DNA of 64,000 bases, taken from Chloroflexota bacterium (GTDB lineage: Bacteria > Chloroflexota > UBA11872 > VXNJ01). Each line of letters opens with the position of its first letter. The first letter of the stretch is position 1. Shown here one piece after another: positions 39,933 through 50,643 of this stretch. Location: the NCBI GenBank assembly GCA_026707405.1, contig JAPOWW010000013.1, positions 3,190 to 67,189 on the forward strand, given 5' to 3'. The notes under the pieces are model-generated. The model worked only from the letters and a program-made list of their open reading frames with translations. It ran no database searches and was not told the origin of the DNA. The position numbers and the translations under genes are program-made.

Positions 39933-41522
39933 TCAGTTCAGCGTGTAATCGATCACCGTCGGTCTACGCCGTCGGTAAGCCGCCCGTATCGCCCGGCAGA
40001 GGTCTGAAGGACTGCCTACCCTCACGGCTGAAACGCCGAAAGCTCTTCCAAGCCTGACGAAGTCGGGTGTCTCCAGACTGCACCCGATAGTGCGGCCATA
40101 GGTCCGCCGGAAAGCGACCTCCAGCTCCATGTAACCGCCGTCGTTGAGGACGACGATCGGCAATGGAAGTTCAAGCGCCAGGGCGGTGGACAGTTCCTGG
40201 CTGGTGAACATGAAGCCGCCGTCGCCCACCAGGGCGACCACTTTCCTCTCCGGCATGGCGACCTTCGCGCCGATGGCCGCAGGCACCGAGAATCCGAGCG
40301 TTCCGAAGTAGACGGGAGAAAAGAACGTGCGCGGCAGGTAGACCGGGAAATGCCTCGGTCCTTGATAGCAGACGGTCGTCATGTCGTTGAACAGAAGCCC
40401 ATCCCGCGGCAGCGCCTCGCGGACCGCTGCGAGGATCCCGACGGCGGGTTCCTCACCGGAGGCACGGGTAGAGCGTCGAATGGCCTCGATTTCGCGTATG
40501 CGGTTTCGATGCAGCTCCACCGGTCTGGTCGGCATGTTCCGAGCCATCTTCTCGAGGGTTGGCCTGGCGTGCGCATGAATGCCCTTGACCGCCGGATAAT
40601 GCCGACCGATGATCCGCGAGTCGATGTCGATCTGAATGATGTTCCGCGGAAGCGGCAGACGCCAGTTGTCCGTGTTCCTGGCGCTCAGACGCGACCCAAC
40701 GACCAGCATGGCGTCGGCGGACGACAGCAGATTGTCGAACGACTGGTCGCCCCGCCACCGGCAACCCACCGACAAAGGATGATCTTCAGGAACCGCCCCT
40801 TTGCCGTTGACGGTGGTAAACACGGGCGCGGACAGCTTTTCGGCCACCTCGATCAACGGCTTCGAAGCATCGGCCGCAACCACTCCGCCGCCCGCCAGGA
40901 TTACGGGATTCGCCGAGGCGACGAGAAGCCTAATAGCCTGTCGAAGGACCTCGGCGACGGGTTCCAGGGGTTCCGGCGTGACCATGCGTGGAATCTTGAC
41001 CTCACTCCGTTTGTCCACGAGGTCGAGAGGGACTTCTATCGACGCCGGCCCTGGGCGGCCGGCCCGCATGTGATGCAGCGCGTCGGCGACCACACCCGGA
41101 ATATCGGAGACCCGCCGCACCCTCCGGTGCCAGCCCACTATCGAACCGACCAGACCCGATTGGTCGCGCAACTCGTGCAGGTAGCCGACGTCGCGCCCCA
41201 CCATCGAGGATTCGAGCGTGGTGCATACGTGTAGAACCGGCGAAGACTCCGCCTGCGCTTCGCCGAGCGGAGTGGCGATATTCGTCACGCCCGGCCCTGT
41301 GATGGTAAGTGCGCAGGCTATCTTCCCAGACGCCCGCGCGTAGCCGTCGGCCATGAATCCCGCGCCCTGCTCGTGCCTGCACATAACGTGCCGGATGTTG
41401 GGACGATCCAGAAGCGCATCGTAGATTCCAGCCGTGTGGACGCCTGGAATGCCGAATATCGTGTCAACGCCCCCGGCCTCGATAGACGCGAGAACGGCCT
41501 GCCCACCTGTCATCACGGGCAT
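39933..41522 (-). CDS. Thiamine pyrophosphate-binding enzyme (acetolactate synthase superfamily)
   Basis: FGIPGVH, RHEQGAGFMADGYAR, GDGGFMF..ND. Confidence 0.92.
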   Translation of the reverse strand: MPVMTGGQAVLASIEAGGVDTIFGIPGVHTAGIYDALLDRPNIRHVMCRHEQGAGFMADGYARASGKIACALTITGPGVTNIATPLGEAQAESSPVLHVCTTLESSMVGRDVGYLHELRDQSGLVGSIVGWHRRVRRVSDIPGVVADALHHMRAGRPGPASIEVPLDLVDKRSEVKIPRMVTPEPLEPVAEVLRQAIRLLVASANPVILAGGGVVAADASKPLIEVAEKLSAPVFTTVNGKGAVPEDHPLSVGCRWRGDQSFDNLLSSADAMLVVGSRLSARNTDNWRLPLPRNIIQIDIDSRIIGRHYPAVKGIHAHARPTLEKMARNMPTRPVELHRNRIREIEAIRRSTRASGEEPAVGILAAVREALPRDGLLFNDMTTVCYQGPRHFPVYLPRTFFSPVYFGTLGFSVPAAIGAKVAMPERKVVALVGDGGFMFTSQELSTALALELPLPIVVLNDGGYMELEVAFRRTYGRTIGCSLETPDFVRLGRAFGVSAVRVGSPSDLCRAIRAAYRRRRPTVIDYTLN

Positions 41523-41559
41523 CGCACGATTCCTTAGAGAGCGAGTCCTGCTGACGAGT

Positions 41560-42309
41560 TTATAAGACCGCCCAACCTGCCAGGGCGCCGACGGCGGCGC
41601 TGCAGGCCACCACCAGCGAACCCGCGATCCAGCCGCGCGCGCCATCCCGCCACAGTCTGAACGGGAGCGGCGTCGACGCCAGCAGCAAGGCCGCCGCGGC
41701 AGCGTTCGCTCCTCCCTTCAGCAATAGCAACGACGCCAGCGGCAGCTCCATGCCAGTTCCGCGCCTGGTCAGCGTTCCGACTACCGCCCCCAACAGGGCG
41801 CCTATCCAGACTGTTCGGCCGAACAGGTCGAATCCAATCTGGTAGGGAACGAAAACCGCGATCACGCCCGCCGTCGCGCACGCGCCCAAAAACCACAACC
41901 CAACCTCATCCAACCGCTCCGTCATCGCGCTCCAAAGGCGTTTGGCTTGATCCTTCAAACGGGCCTCCGGAAGTTGCGGCCCGGCGGCGCCCAGCCATCG
42001 CTCGATGACAACTGATCTCTCGCTTCCAGTTGCGATCTTCGATCCGGCCGCCAGCACGATGGCGACGAACGCAGCCCGAACCAACGCGAGCCATAGTCCA
42101 AATCCGAGCGTCCCCAAGATCGAGGGCGCCGCGAAAGCCAGCCCCGCTCCAACAAGCAACGATCTGCGACCTCGCGGGTCGTCAGACGCTCGACCGCGCA
42201 GCGTTTCCATCATCCCCGCGCCCGCGATCAGGGCCAGGATTACCCACGGCGCGAGCGTAACGAGGAAATCGCGAAACTTGATGAATACCGCGAGCGCGTC
42301 GGCCGGCAC
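41560..42309 (-). CDS. Membrane protein, divergent ArsP/DUF318-like permease
   Basis: Multi-TM protein; GVIAVFVP..ELPLASLLLLKGG..AALLLAS resembles a DUF318 repeat. Confidence 0.5.
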   Translation of the reverse strand: MPADALAVFIKFRDFLVTLAPWVILALIAGAGMMETLRGRASDDPRGRRSLLVGAGLAFAAPSILGTLGFGLWLALVRAAFVAIVLAAGSKIATGSERSVVIERWLGAAGPQLPEARLKDQAKRLWSAMTERLDEVGLWFLGACATAGVIAVFVPYQIGFDLFGRTVWIGALLGAVVGTLTRRGTGMELPLASLLLLKGGANAAAAALLLASTPLPFRLWRDGARGWIAGSLVVACSAAVGALAGWAVL

Positions 42310-42322
42310 TATGGATTGCTGA

Positions 42323-42922
42323 CTATCTGGCCCGCTCTTCGAGCAGGCGTTCGATGCGCGATTCCATCTGCGTGCGATTCAGGATTCCAGGTCGAATCTC
42401 GTCGACCAGCCCTTCGGAATCGATGAAGACGTGGGTCGGCAGCATACGCACACCATAAGGACCGCTGACTGTGCGGTTCGGGTCCAGTAGCGAACCGAAC
42501 GTGTACGGTTCGAGAAACGCGCGAACGGCTTCAAGGTCTTCCCCTACGTTTATAGCCAGATAGTTCCAATCCCGGTCCTCCAGGTTGCGGACTATGGCTT
42601 CCGTATCCGGCGCTTCCGCCCGGCAGGGTCCGCACCAGGTCGCCCAAAATGTGATCCACGTGGGACCGCTCCCCCCAACTTCCGAGAGGCGGACTGAAAC
42701 GCCGTCCAGGTTAGTCAACTCGAAGTCGGGCGCGGCATGTCCCACGCGCAGCGCCGGGCCGTCGGCAGTGAGTGGACCGGCGACCTCCTGCGACGAGACG
42801 AAGCCGAGGCTTGGATCCACCTGAAGCGCCATCGCGGACAGCGCCAGCGCGACGGCCGTCACCGTCACGGCCATCAGGAACGCTAGAGGAGTGGCGCGTA
42901 ACGTCGCGAGCATGACCCCCAT
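42323..42922 (-). CDS. TlpA/ResA-like membrane-anchored thiol-disulfide oxidoreductase
   Basis: N-terminal TM, APDFEL, FWATWCGPC, LPTHVFID. Confidence 0.92.
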   Translation of the reverse strand: MGVMLATLRATPLAFLMAVTVTAVALALSAMALQVDPSLGFVSSQEVAGPLTADGPALRVGHAAPDFELTNLDGVSVRLSEVGGSGPTWITFWATWCGPCRAEAPDTEAIVRNLEDRDWNYLAINVGEDLEAVRAFLEPYTFGSLLDPNRTVSGPYGVRMLPTHVFIDSEGLVDEIRPGILNRTQMESRIERLLEERAR

Positions 42923-43017
42923 TTTCCGTGAAGCGGTCAGTCAAAAGAGCTTACCAACCAAAATCCCGTCCCCGGAGGGCGCCGCCAGCCCAGTGAGCCG
43001 CATTAAAATCGGACGAG

Positions 43018-45822
43018 ATGCCGCTACGCAGATCCCTCAGGGGTAGGTACCGCCGAAAAAACGGCAAGGCCGGGAAACTGCTCGCCCTTGCCGGTCTCCC
43101 ATTGATGGCCGTGCTGATCGCGGCCATGTCCGTCGCGCTCGCCCTCGTCGCCGGATCCGCTATCGCGTTTGCAGCCGCAGCCGCGCTGTTCGACGATCTG
43201 CCGTCGATCGAGAGCGTTTCGGGCGTCCAGAGCCGGTTTTTCGAGAACTCCACCGTCTACGCACGCGACGGGACCCCTATAGGCGAGCTGATCGACGAAG
43301 GGAGACGCACCGTCATAACCCACGACGACATCCCCCAGGTAGTGAAAGACGCCACCATAGCAGCTGAGGACGCAACCTTTTACGACAACCCCGGCGTCGA
43401 TCTGCGCGCCGTGCTCAGAGCGGCCTGGCTCAACCTTCAGGCCGGAACGATCGTTTCCGGGTTCAGCACCATAACCCAGCAGGTCGTCAAGAACACGCTT
43501 CTGAGTCCCGAAGAGACTCTGGAGCGGAAGCTCCGCGAGGTGGCCCTCGCCTATCAGCTCTCCCAGCGGTTTTCGAAGGACGAAATCCTTGCGATCTACC
43601 TCAATCAGAACTTCTACGGAAACAGGGCCTATGGCATAGCGGCCGCGGCGCTGACCTATTTCGACAAAGACCTCCACGAGTTGACGCTCGCCGAGGCGGC
43701 AATGCTGGTCGGCATACCCCGCGCGCCATCTACGGAGAACCCGCTCGTCAACGAGGAAGCCGCCATTCGCAATCAGCGCAATGTGCTCGACCTCATGGTC
43801 AAGAACCGCTTCGTCACCCGCCTGCAGGCCGACGAGGCCGCCGCCCAGAAGCTGGTCTATACGCCGCCTCAGGCGAACATCGGGCCTTCGCCGCACTTCT
43901 TCAACTACATCGTCGACTACCTGCAGGAGCAGTACGGCCCCGAAATCAGCCGCAAGGGCTGGTCTATCACGACCACGCTCGACCCTGCCCTTCAGGCAAA
44001 GGCCGAGACCGCGGCCAGGGAGCATGTAGCCACGCTCGCCGACCGGGACGTTGGAAACGGCGCGGTGGTAGTGCTCGATCCCGCGAGCGGCGAGATTCTC
44101 GCGATGGTAGGGAGCGTCGACTTCACCAGCGAGGAGATCGACGGACAGGTCAACATGGCCCTGGCTCCAAGGCAGCCCGGTTCGGCGTTCAAGCCCTTCA
44201 CGTACATTACGGCGCTCGGCAAGGGCTACAACGCGGCAACGATGCTGATGGACATTAAGACCGTCATTCCGATACCCGACCAGGAGCCTTACGAGCCCGA
44301 AAACTATGACGAAAAGTTCCACGGACCGGTACGCATGCGGGTAGCGCTGGGAAGCTCTTACAACATCCCCGCCGTAAAGGCCCAGCTGTTCGCGGGAGTG
44401 CCGGACGTTCTGGACACGGCCCGGCGAATGGGTCTGCCAATTTCGGGCGGGACCGAGCGCTTCGGTCCTTCGCTCGCGTTGGGAGCCGCGGAGGTCCCGC
44501 TGCTCGATCTCGCCGCCGCCTACGGCGTGTTCGCCAACGGCGGAATCTACGTCCGCCCCAATCCCATCCTCCACATAGAGGACAGCCAGGGCAACGTCAT
44601 CGAATCCCGAAAACCACCAGAGGGGGTCAGTGTGCTCAGTCCGCAACTCGCCTACCTGATGACCGACATCCTCTCGGACTCTGAAGCGCGGATACCGGGC
44701 TTCGGTCGGGGCAACGTCCTGACCCTGGAAAGCCGGTCCGCAGCCGTCAAGACGGGCACCACAAACGACTTCAGAGACGCTCTCACCGTCGGCTACACTC
44801 CCCAGCTTGTAACCGCTGTGTGGGTCGGAAATGCCGACAACTCGGAGATGGACAAAGTGCCGGGCTCCAAGGGCGCCGGCCCGATATGGAACCGGGTTAT
44901 GACGGAGGTCCACGAGGGTCTGCCGGTCGAAGAGTTCGTGCGTCCTGAGGGGCTTACCGAGCTCGAAGTGGACGCCGTTTCCGGCCTGTTGCCGAGCCGC
45001 TACACCCCGGATAAGGTCAAAGAACTGTTCATCCCGGGTACTGAGCCTACCCAGATGGACTTCATTCACCAGCCCATCCGAACCCACGCCCTCACCGGCA
45101 AGAGGGCCGGACCGTCCATACCCCCCGACGAGGTGGAACTGAAAATTTATCCAGTGCTGCCGCCCGAAGCCGAAGCATGGCAGCGGGAACAAGACGAAGA
45201 CTCACCTTTCCACTTGCCGTCGAGCGAACTGGCCACTGCGCTCGACTCGCCCACCGAGCTCGGCGACGTCGCGATTGCCATTCCGTCCCACAGGCAGAAC
45301 ATTCGCAGCATCCTCGAAATTCACGGAAACGCCCGCGGCCCAGGCTTCCTCGACTACACGCTCGAATACGGCTTGGGAACCGCGCCCGGCGGCTGGGTCA
45401 AAATCGGCGATGTCGTTACCGAACAGAAATCGCGCGACCAGCTCGCCGCCGTGGACACCGCACAGCTACCCGATGGCATCTACACGCTAAGGCTCAGCGT
45501 TCGGCGGGAAGGCAATGTCACCGAAAGCGCTTATCGCCAGCTCGTGGTGGATAATGAGTCGCCCCAGATCGCCGTAAAGGATCTTGAACCTGGCGCCACC
45601 CTGCCGCGCGGTCACATCGCGTTCAGAGTAGAGGCGGCGGACAACGTCGCCGTGCTCTCCGTGACGTACTTCATCGACGGGGAGTTCATCGCCGAATCGC
45701 TGACGCCGCCCTACGGGATAACCTGGAACGCGGTCCCCGGCGAGCACACCCTAAAGGTCATGGCTAGGGACGGGGCTGGCAATTTCACCGAGATCGAGCC
45801 GGTGCCATTCCATATCCCATAA
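43018..45822 (+). CDS. Class A penicillin-binding protein (transglycosylase/transpeptidase) with C-terminal Ig-like domains
   Basis: AAEDATFY, STITQQVVKN, RKLRE; SAFK, SYN and KTG motifs. Confidence 0.95.
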   Translation: MPLRRSLRGRYRRKNGKAGKLLALAGLPLMAVLIAAMSVALALVAGSAIAFAAAAALFDDLPSIESVSGVQSRFFENSTVYARDGTPIGELIDEGRRTVITHDDIPQVVKDATIAAEDATFYDNPGVDLRAVLRAAWLNLQAGTIVSGFSTITQQVVKNTLLSPEETLERKLREVALAYQLSQRFSKDEILAIYLNQNFYGNRAYGIAAAALTYFDKDLHELTLAEAAMLVGIPRAPSTENPLVNEEAAIRNQRNVLDLMVKNRFVTRLQADEAAAQKLVYTPPQANIGPSPHFFNYIVDYLQEQYGPEISRKGWSITTTLDPALQAKAETAAREHVATLADRDVGNGAVVVLDPASGEILAMVGSVDFTSEEIDGQVNMALAPRQPGSAFKPFTYITALGKGYNAATMLMDIKTVIPIPDQEPYEPENYDEKFHGPVRMRVALGSSYNIPAVKAQLFAGVPDVLDTARRMGLPISGGTERFGPSLALGAAEVPLLDLAAAYGVFANGGIYVRPNPILHIEDSQGNVIESRKPPEGVSVLSPQLAYLMTDILSDSEARIPGFGRGNVLTLESRSAAVKTGTTNDFRDALTVGYTPQLVTAVWVGNADNSEMDKVPGSKGAGPIWNRVMTEVHEGLPVEEFVRPEGLTELEVDAVSGLLPSRYTPDKVKELFIPGTEPTQMDFIHQPIRTHALTGKRAGPSIPPDEVELKIYPVLPPEAEAWQREQDEDSPFHLPSSELATALDSPTELGDVAIAIPSHRQNIRSILEIHGNARGPGFLDYTLEYGLGTAPGGWVKIGDVVTEQKSRDQLAAVDTAQLPDGIYTLRLSVRREGNVTESAYRQLVVDNESPQIAVKDLEPGATLPRGHIAFRVEAADNVAVLSVTYFIDGEFIAESLTPPYGITWNAVPGEHTLKVMARDGAGNFTEIEPVPFHIP

Positions 45823-45893
45823 CCTTGTCTCTCGCGGGGTCTTCTGCCGCCCGATCTCGCGTGATTTCGTCATCTTCGACATAGAGCTGGAGA

Positions 45894-46760
45894 TTGGAAA
45901 TGATCGTCGACTCACACGTTCACGTCTTCTCGGCAAATTCGGTCAAATATCCGCTCTCGCCCTCGGCCCCGTACGACCCGGACCCCGCCCCGCTGGAGCA
46001 GTTGATCATCACCATGGGCATGAGCGGTGTGGACGTTGCCGTGGTCGTCCAGCCCCAACCCTACGAGTGGGACAACTCATACCTCTCCGACTCCCTGGCG
46101 GAGCAACCTGAACGGCTCATTGGAATAGGGCTGGTCGATCCGAGGTCGCCCGATGCCGCCGACAATCTCCTGGCTCTTGCGAAACCAGGCCGAATCCAGG
46201 GATTCCGACTCAATTTGGACAGCGACGACGAGGGTCTTTGGCTGACGGACGGGACGGTGGACCCGCTGTGGAAATTGGCCGCGGACGAAGGTCTGGTCGT
46301 GTGTCTGCAAATCGAGCCGCAACACGCCCGCCACGTTCAAACTTTGGCCGCCCGCTTCAAAGCCACGCGCTTTGTGGTCGACCATCTGGGCAAGCCCGAT
46401 GTCACGGAAGGCGCGCCGTATCCGAGCTTTCGCCCGATTCTCGACCTAGCCGAGCTGGAGGGCGCACATATCAAGCTCTCGGGCCTCTTTTATGCTTCCC
46501 GGCAGGATTTCCCATACGAGGACACGATCCCGATCGTTGAATTGGTCTGGGAAGCCTTCGGCGCCCGGCGCATGTTGTGGGGGACCGATTTCCCCAACAT
46601 ATTCAAGGCGTGCGGCTACCAGGCCGCGCTCGATCACGTAAATCAAAACCTGCCGTTCTTGTCTGATGACGACAAGGCATGGATACTTGGTAAGACGGCC
46701 GCGTCGCTTTGGGACCTGCCCGACGGCACGGCGCCTGAACTCGAACCCGATCTGGAATAG
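45894..46760 (+). CDS. Amidohydrolase_2 family protein
   Basis: VDSHVH, VDHLG, IKLSG, LWGTDFP. Confidence 0.9.
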   Translation: MEMIVDSHVHVFSANSVKYPLSPSAPYDPDPAPLEQLIITMGMSGVDVAVVVQPQPYEWDNSYLSDSLAEQPERLIGIGLVDPRSPDAADNLLALAKPGRIQGFRLNLDSDDEGLWLTDGTVDPLWKLAADEGLVVCLQIEPQHARHVQTLAARFKATRFVVDHLGKPDVTEGAPYPSFRPILDLAELEGAHIKLSGLFYASRQDFPYEDTIPIVELVWEAFGARRMLWGTDFPNIFKACGYQAALDHVNQNLPFLSDDDKAWILGKTAASLWDLPDGTAPELEPDLE

Positions 46761-46763
46761 AAG

Positions 46764-47378
46764 ATGGTAAGAAGCTTGTTCGGCTCAAGACGAGCGAGAC
46801 GCAAGAAAGCCGACGAGATGTATGGCGAGAGGCTTCCGGCCGGCCAGCACACCGTGACCAACTGGCCCGTCCTCACTTACGGCTACACCCCCGATATCGC
46901 TCCGGAGGACTGGGGGTTTTCGATAACCGGGCTGGTGGAGCGGGAATTCACCATGGACTTCCGGACCTTTCTGGCCGCCGGATCGGTGGTGATTCACGCC
47001 GACTTCCACTGCGTGACGACCTTCAGCGTCATGGACAACGACTGGGGCGGGATTCCTGTCCAGGCCATTCTCGAAAAGGCCAGGCCCCTGCCTGAGGCCG
47101 TCGCGGTTATGGTTCATTGCTACGGCGGATACACCACCAACCTTCTCCTGGACGACCTGGATCGCCCCGAAAACCTTTTCGCGCTGCGGCGCAACGGGGA
47201 ACCGCTCCCGCGCGAGCACGGCGGTCCCATGCGGCTTATAGTCCCCCATCTATATGCGTGGAAGAGCGCCAAGTGGGTCAACGGCCTTCAGTTCCTGCCG
47301 AGAGACAGACCGGGCTTTTGGGAGGTCAACGGCTATCACATGCGCGGCGACCCGTTCAAGGAAGAGCGCTTCAGTTAG
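46764..47378 (+). CDS. Sulfite-oxidase-like molybdopterin oxidoreductase (YuiH-like)
   Basis: [33 protein letters not shown]. Confidence 0.92.
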   Translation: MVRSLFGSRRARRKKADEMYGERLPAGQHTVTNWPVLTYGYTPDIAPEDWGFSITGLVEREFTMDFRTFLAAGSVVIHADFHCVTTFSVMDNDWGGIPVQAILEKARPLPEAVAVMVHCYGGYTTNLLLDDLDRPENLFALRRNGEPLPREHGGPMRLIVPHLYAWKSAKWVNGLQFLPRDRPGFWEVNGYHMRGDPFKEERFS

Positions 47379-47481
47379 CCGGACTGCGTTTGTGACGAAA
47401 CCGCCTGCCCCCCGCTTTGTCACGGCATATCAGTGGGATAACATTTGCGCAGAACGCTGCGATGCATGAGTTAGGAGCGTA

Positions 47482-48228
47482 GTGGGCGAGCTGGCGCGCT
47501 ATCGACTTTTCTTAAGTTTCCTTGCCGTCCCAGTCGTAGTAATCGTTCTCATCGTCGTCTTGCTGGTCAACGCCTTCGGCGGCGACGACAACGAGACTCC
47601 GCCGACCGAACAGCAAACGGCCGTTGCGCAGGTTGAGCCTACCTTGGCGATATCGGTGGTGACCGTCGCTCCCGCCCAAACTTCACCGCCGGCGGATGCT
47701 AGCGCCACCGTCACGCCTACCGTGACGCCTCTGGCCATCGCTACGAACACACCCGTACCGCCGCCTGTCGAACCTACGCCTACAATCGGGGCGGCCGCTA
47801 CCCCCGCTAGCGCGCCTAGGGGGACGGCGCAAGAGTACGAGGTTCAACCCAACGACACGCTCTCGGAAATCGCCGACAGCTTCGGACTTACCAGCGCGGA
47901 GCTCGCCGAAGCCAACGAGATCGAGAATCCCGACGAAATCCAGGTTGGCGACATTCTCATCATCCCCGCAACGGCGTCGGGTGATGAGAGAACTCCGGCC
48001 GCTACCCCGACGCCCACGCCGACACCGATTTCCGCCACGGTCGATCCCGAAGAAGGTCTCAACGTTCGGGAAGAGCCGACCACCGACAGCGACGTACTCG
48101 AAGTCCTCCTTGGCGGTGCCGAGATTCTGTTGACGGGTACGAGGCAGACCATCGACGACATCGAGTGGGTCGAGTTGGTCGACGGCGGCTGGGTGCAGAG
48201 TCAGTATCTGACGATAGAGGGCGAATAG
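47482..48228 (+). CDS. Membrane-anchored LysM plus SH3 domain protein
   Basis: TM helix, Pro/Thr linker, YEVQPNDTLSEIA (LysM), GLNVREEP..GWV (SH3b). Confidence 0.88.
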   Translation: MGELARYRLFLSFLAVPVVVIVLIVVLLVNAFGGDDNETPPTEQQTAVAQVEPTLAISVVTVAPAQTSPPADASATVTPTVTPLAIATNTPVPPPVEPTPTIGAAATPASAPRGTAQEYEVQPNDTLSEIADSFGLTSAELAEANEIENPDEIQVGDILIIPATASGDERTPAATPTPTPTPISATVDPEEGLNVREEPTTDSDVLEVLLGGAEILLTGTRQTIDDIEWVELVDGGWVQSQYLTIEGE

Positions 48229-48230
48229 CC

Positions 48231-49430
48231 TCAAAACACGTCGGCGCGCCAGAAGGCGAATCCGCGCTCCCGGAATAGCGTTTTGAGCACTCCGGCCTCC
48301 TTGCCCGGCGCGCCGCGCGGCGCGGCTCCTTTTAGGACGAGAGCCCAAAGCTCAGCCTCCGAAACGTCTATGGACGGCGTGCCCGCCTCGCCGACATAAA
48401 CCGCGCGGTCGCGGTAACCAAGCTCGGCCGACTGCCGTCCGACCCGGATGCCGACCGACTCCGAGCCGCCGGAAGAAGACTGCCAGAGCGCCGCGCTGAA
48501 TTCCGGCCAAAGCCCCTCCAGCAGCGATTTCAAGTCGACGAGTTTCACCTTCAATCTCGTATCACTCTTCACGCGCGCCGTGGTTCCTATTGCTTCCAGG
48601 AGAGCCACAGCCCTGCGCGCGACCGGCGCCTGGCCTGCGAGATGTCGAAAGCCCCTTGATCTAGCATCTTGAACCATCGTCGCGAGCAGCGCCTTCTCGC
48701 TATCCTCGTCCTGGGCGGCAAGATCGCTTATCGAATAGAAGTCCCCAACTCCGATACCGTGCTCGGTAACGGGATGCCTGGCCCGCGCATACCCGACAAT
48801 TCGCCCACTGCGCTCCAGCACGAACGATGATTCAGGATTCTCTCGCATCCATTTCATGTTTCCCGACCACCACCCGAGCGACCGCACGAGCGGGCCTGAA
48901 CATGAAGAGCCGTAGCCGCCGTGGACAGCCGCGACCCAAGCGAGATCGTTCTCCGGGTCCATCCGGCGAACACCCGGCGGCGCTGTCCCCACTTGGCCAG
49001 CCCAATCCAAACGGGCGACATAGGTGTCTACAGGCAGCGTCTCCCACCCAAATTCGCCATACGGCGCATCGTCCGCGGCGAAGACCATCGCAAGGTGATA
49101 GCCGCCGCGCATGACCTGACGGAGTGCGGCCTCAATGAGCGCTCTTTCGTGGCCCTTGCCGCGCTCAGCCGGATCGACTGCCAGACACGCCAGACCGGCC
49201 ACTCGCAGGATCGCGCGTCCAACTCGCATCTCGCGAGGCAGCACTTGTAGATGGCCGACGACCCTTCCGTCAACCACCGCGACCAGCGAGTCGCGGCGCT
49301 CTACGAGCGGGTCGAGCTCCCGTACGTCGCGGTGGTAGGACCGGCTTTCGCCAAAGACCCGTTCGAGCAACCCCAGCGACCGCTCGAAGAGATCGTCATC
49401 CTCGGTATTCCGGATCGTCCGGGCAGTCAT
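48231..49430 (-). CDS. Eis-like GNAT acetyltransferase
   Basis: LAVDPAERGKG motif A and YGEFGW; about 400 aa multi-domain layout. Confidence 0.8.
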   Translation of the reverse strand: MTARTIRNTEDDDLFERSLGLLERVFGESRSYHRDVRELDPLVERRDSLVAVVDGRVVGHLQVLPREMRVGRAILRVAGLACLAVDPAERGKGHERALIEAALRQVMRGGYHLAMVFAADDAPYGEFGWETLPVDTYVARLDWAGQVGTAPPGVRRMDPENDLAWVAAVHGGYGSSCSGPLVRSLGWWSGNMKWMRENPESSFVLERSGRIVGYARARHPVTEHGIGVGDFYSISDLAAQDEDSEKALLATMVQDARSRGFRHLAGQAPVARRAVALLEAIGTTARVKSDTRLKVKLVDLKSLLEGLWPEFSAALWQSSSGGSESVGIRVGRQSAELGYRDRAVYVGEAGTPSIDVSEAELWALVLKGAAPRGAPGKEAGVLKTLFRERGFAFWRADVF

Positions 49431-49494
49431 TTCTGAAGCCCCGAGCGTCCGCAGCAGCCCCGCCAGGTCAACTTCAGCGCTCGTATCCGGGAAG

Positions 49495-50643
49495 TCACTG
49501 GCTGTCGCGATCCTCGCGTAGCAGCGACACGCTATCCTCCAGCGGACCGGGCGCCATGGCCCGAACGCGATCGGCTTCAGCGATCAGTTCTGGACGCCGC
49601 GCGCGCGACCGCAAGGATGCGCTGTCGCCTTTCGTCCCCATTAGGCATCTCACGCCGATCCTTCCAGCACGTGGCTGGAGCGCCGGTGCGTGTGCGAAAT
49701 GATTGGTTGCACTTGTCAATTCTGCTGTGACCGCCTCGTTAGGTGCATGTCCTGCACCGTCTACGACCACGAGCTTCGCCCGAGGCCATACGCGGCTCAA
49801 CGTCCATGCGTTGGCGAGTGGTGCCTGAAAATCGAACCGCCCGTTGATCATAAAGCCGGGTATATCACCCAATGCATCCGCACCTTGCAACAGCCATCCG
49901 TCGTCAAGCCAAGCATTGTGCCGAACGTAATGCGTTACCAAGCGGGCGAACGCCATCGCAAAGTCTGAGTCCTCAAACCTTGGTGACAACTTCGCAGTCG
50001 GTGGCCACTTAACCGTCGCCGACTCCCACATGCACCATTCGTAGGCCGCTCGCTCTCGGATCACGGGATCTGGGTCGTGCAGCAACTGGTGGTACGCCTC
50101 GACCAAGTCCCGGTCCTTATCGGCGACTGGCACTGCAGCGCGTAGCCGCTCCCACTGCGCCGGGAATAGGGCAGCCACTCCCCCACGGAAGAGCCAGTCA
50201 AACTCCGCGTGCCGTCCGGTCGTGACCCCGAACAAGACCAACTCCGTAATACGGTCTGGGTGGAGCTCGGCGTAAGCGAGTGCCAATGTGCTACCCCACG
50301 AGCCGCCGAGCACTAACCAGCGTTCAATACCCAAATGCTCGCGCAGCGTTTCGATGTCTTCGACGAGTTTCCAAGTGGTGTTGCTTCGCAGGCTCGTCGT
50401 TAGGGCACTCGCGTGGGGAGTGCTCCGCCCGCAGCCCCGTTGGTCAAACTGCACGACTCGATAGACGTCCGGATTGAACAACCTGCGTTGGCTTAGCGAC
50501 CGTCCAGAACCCGGGCCACCGTGCAGGACGACTGCGGGCTTGCCGTTCGGAGTTCCCGAAGTCTCCCAATAAACAAGGTTGCCATCTCCAACAGGCAACA
50601 TCCCGCGTTTATGCGGTTCGATTTCTGGATACAGTCCTGCCAT
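49495..50643 (-). CDS. pip: Prolyl aminopeptidase with a foreign C-terminal extension
   Basis: LYPEIEP, LHGGPG, DQRGCGRS, GGSWG, GAGH, followed by about 60 extra aa. Confidence 0.9.
   Translation of the reverse strand: MAGLYPEIEPHKRGMLPVGDGNLVYWETSGTPNGKPAVVLHGGPGSGRSLSQRRLFNPDVYRVVQFDQRGCGRSTPHASALTTSLRSNTTWKLVEDIETLREHLGIERWLVLGGSWGSTLALAYAELHPDRITELVLFGVTTGRHAEFDWLFRGGVAALFPAQWERLRAAVPVADKDRDLVEAYHQLLHDPDPVIRERAAYEWCMWESATVKWPPTAKLSPRFEDSDFAMAFARLVTHYVRHNAWLDDGWLLQGADALGDIPGFMINGRFDFQAPLANAWTLSRVWPRAKLVVVDGAGHAPNEAVTAELTSATNHFAHAPALQPRAGRIGVRCLMGTKGDSASLRSRARRPELIAEADRVRAMAPGPLEDSVSLLREDRDSQ

Noticed and set aside
43024-45192. 722-aa minus-strand ORF
   Set aside because: Antisense shadow of the PBP gene caused by codon bias.
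47600-48040. Short ACGCC/CCGAC-type repeats
   Set aside because: They encode Pro/Thr-rich linkers and are not a CRISPR or DNA repeat array; the same holds for the linkers in E2 and DUF3179.
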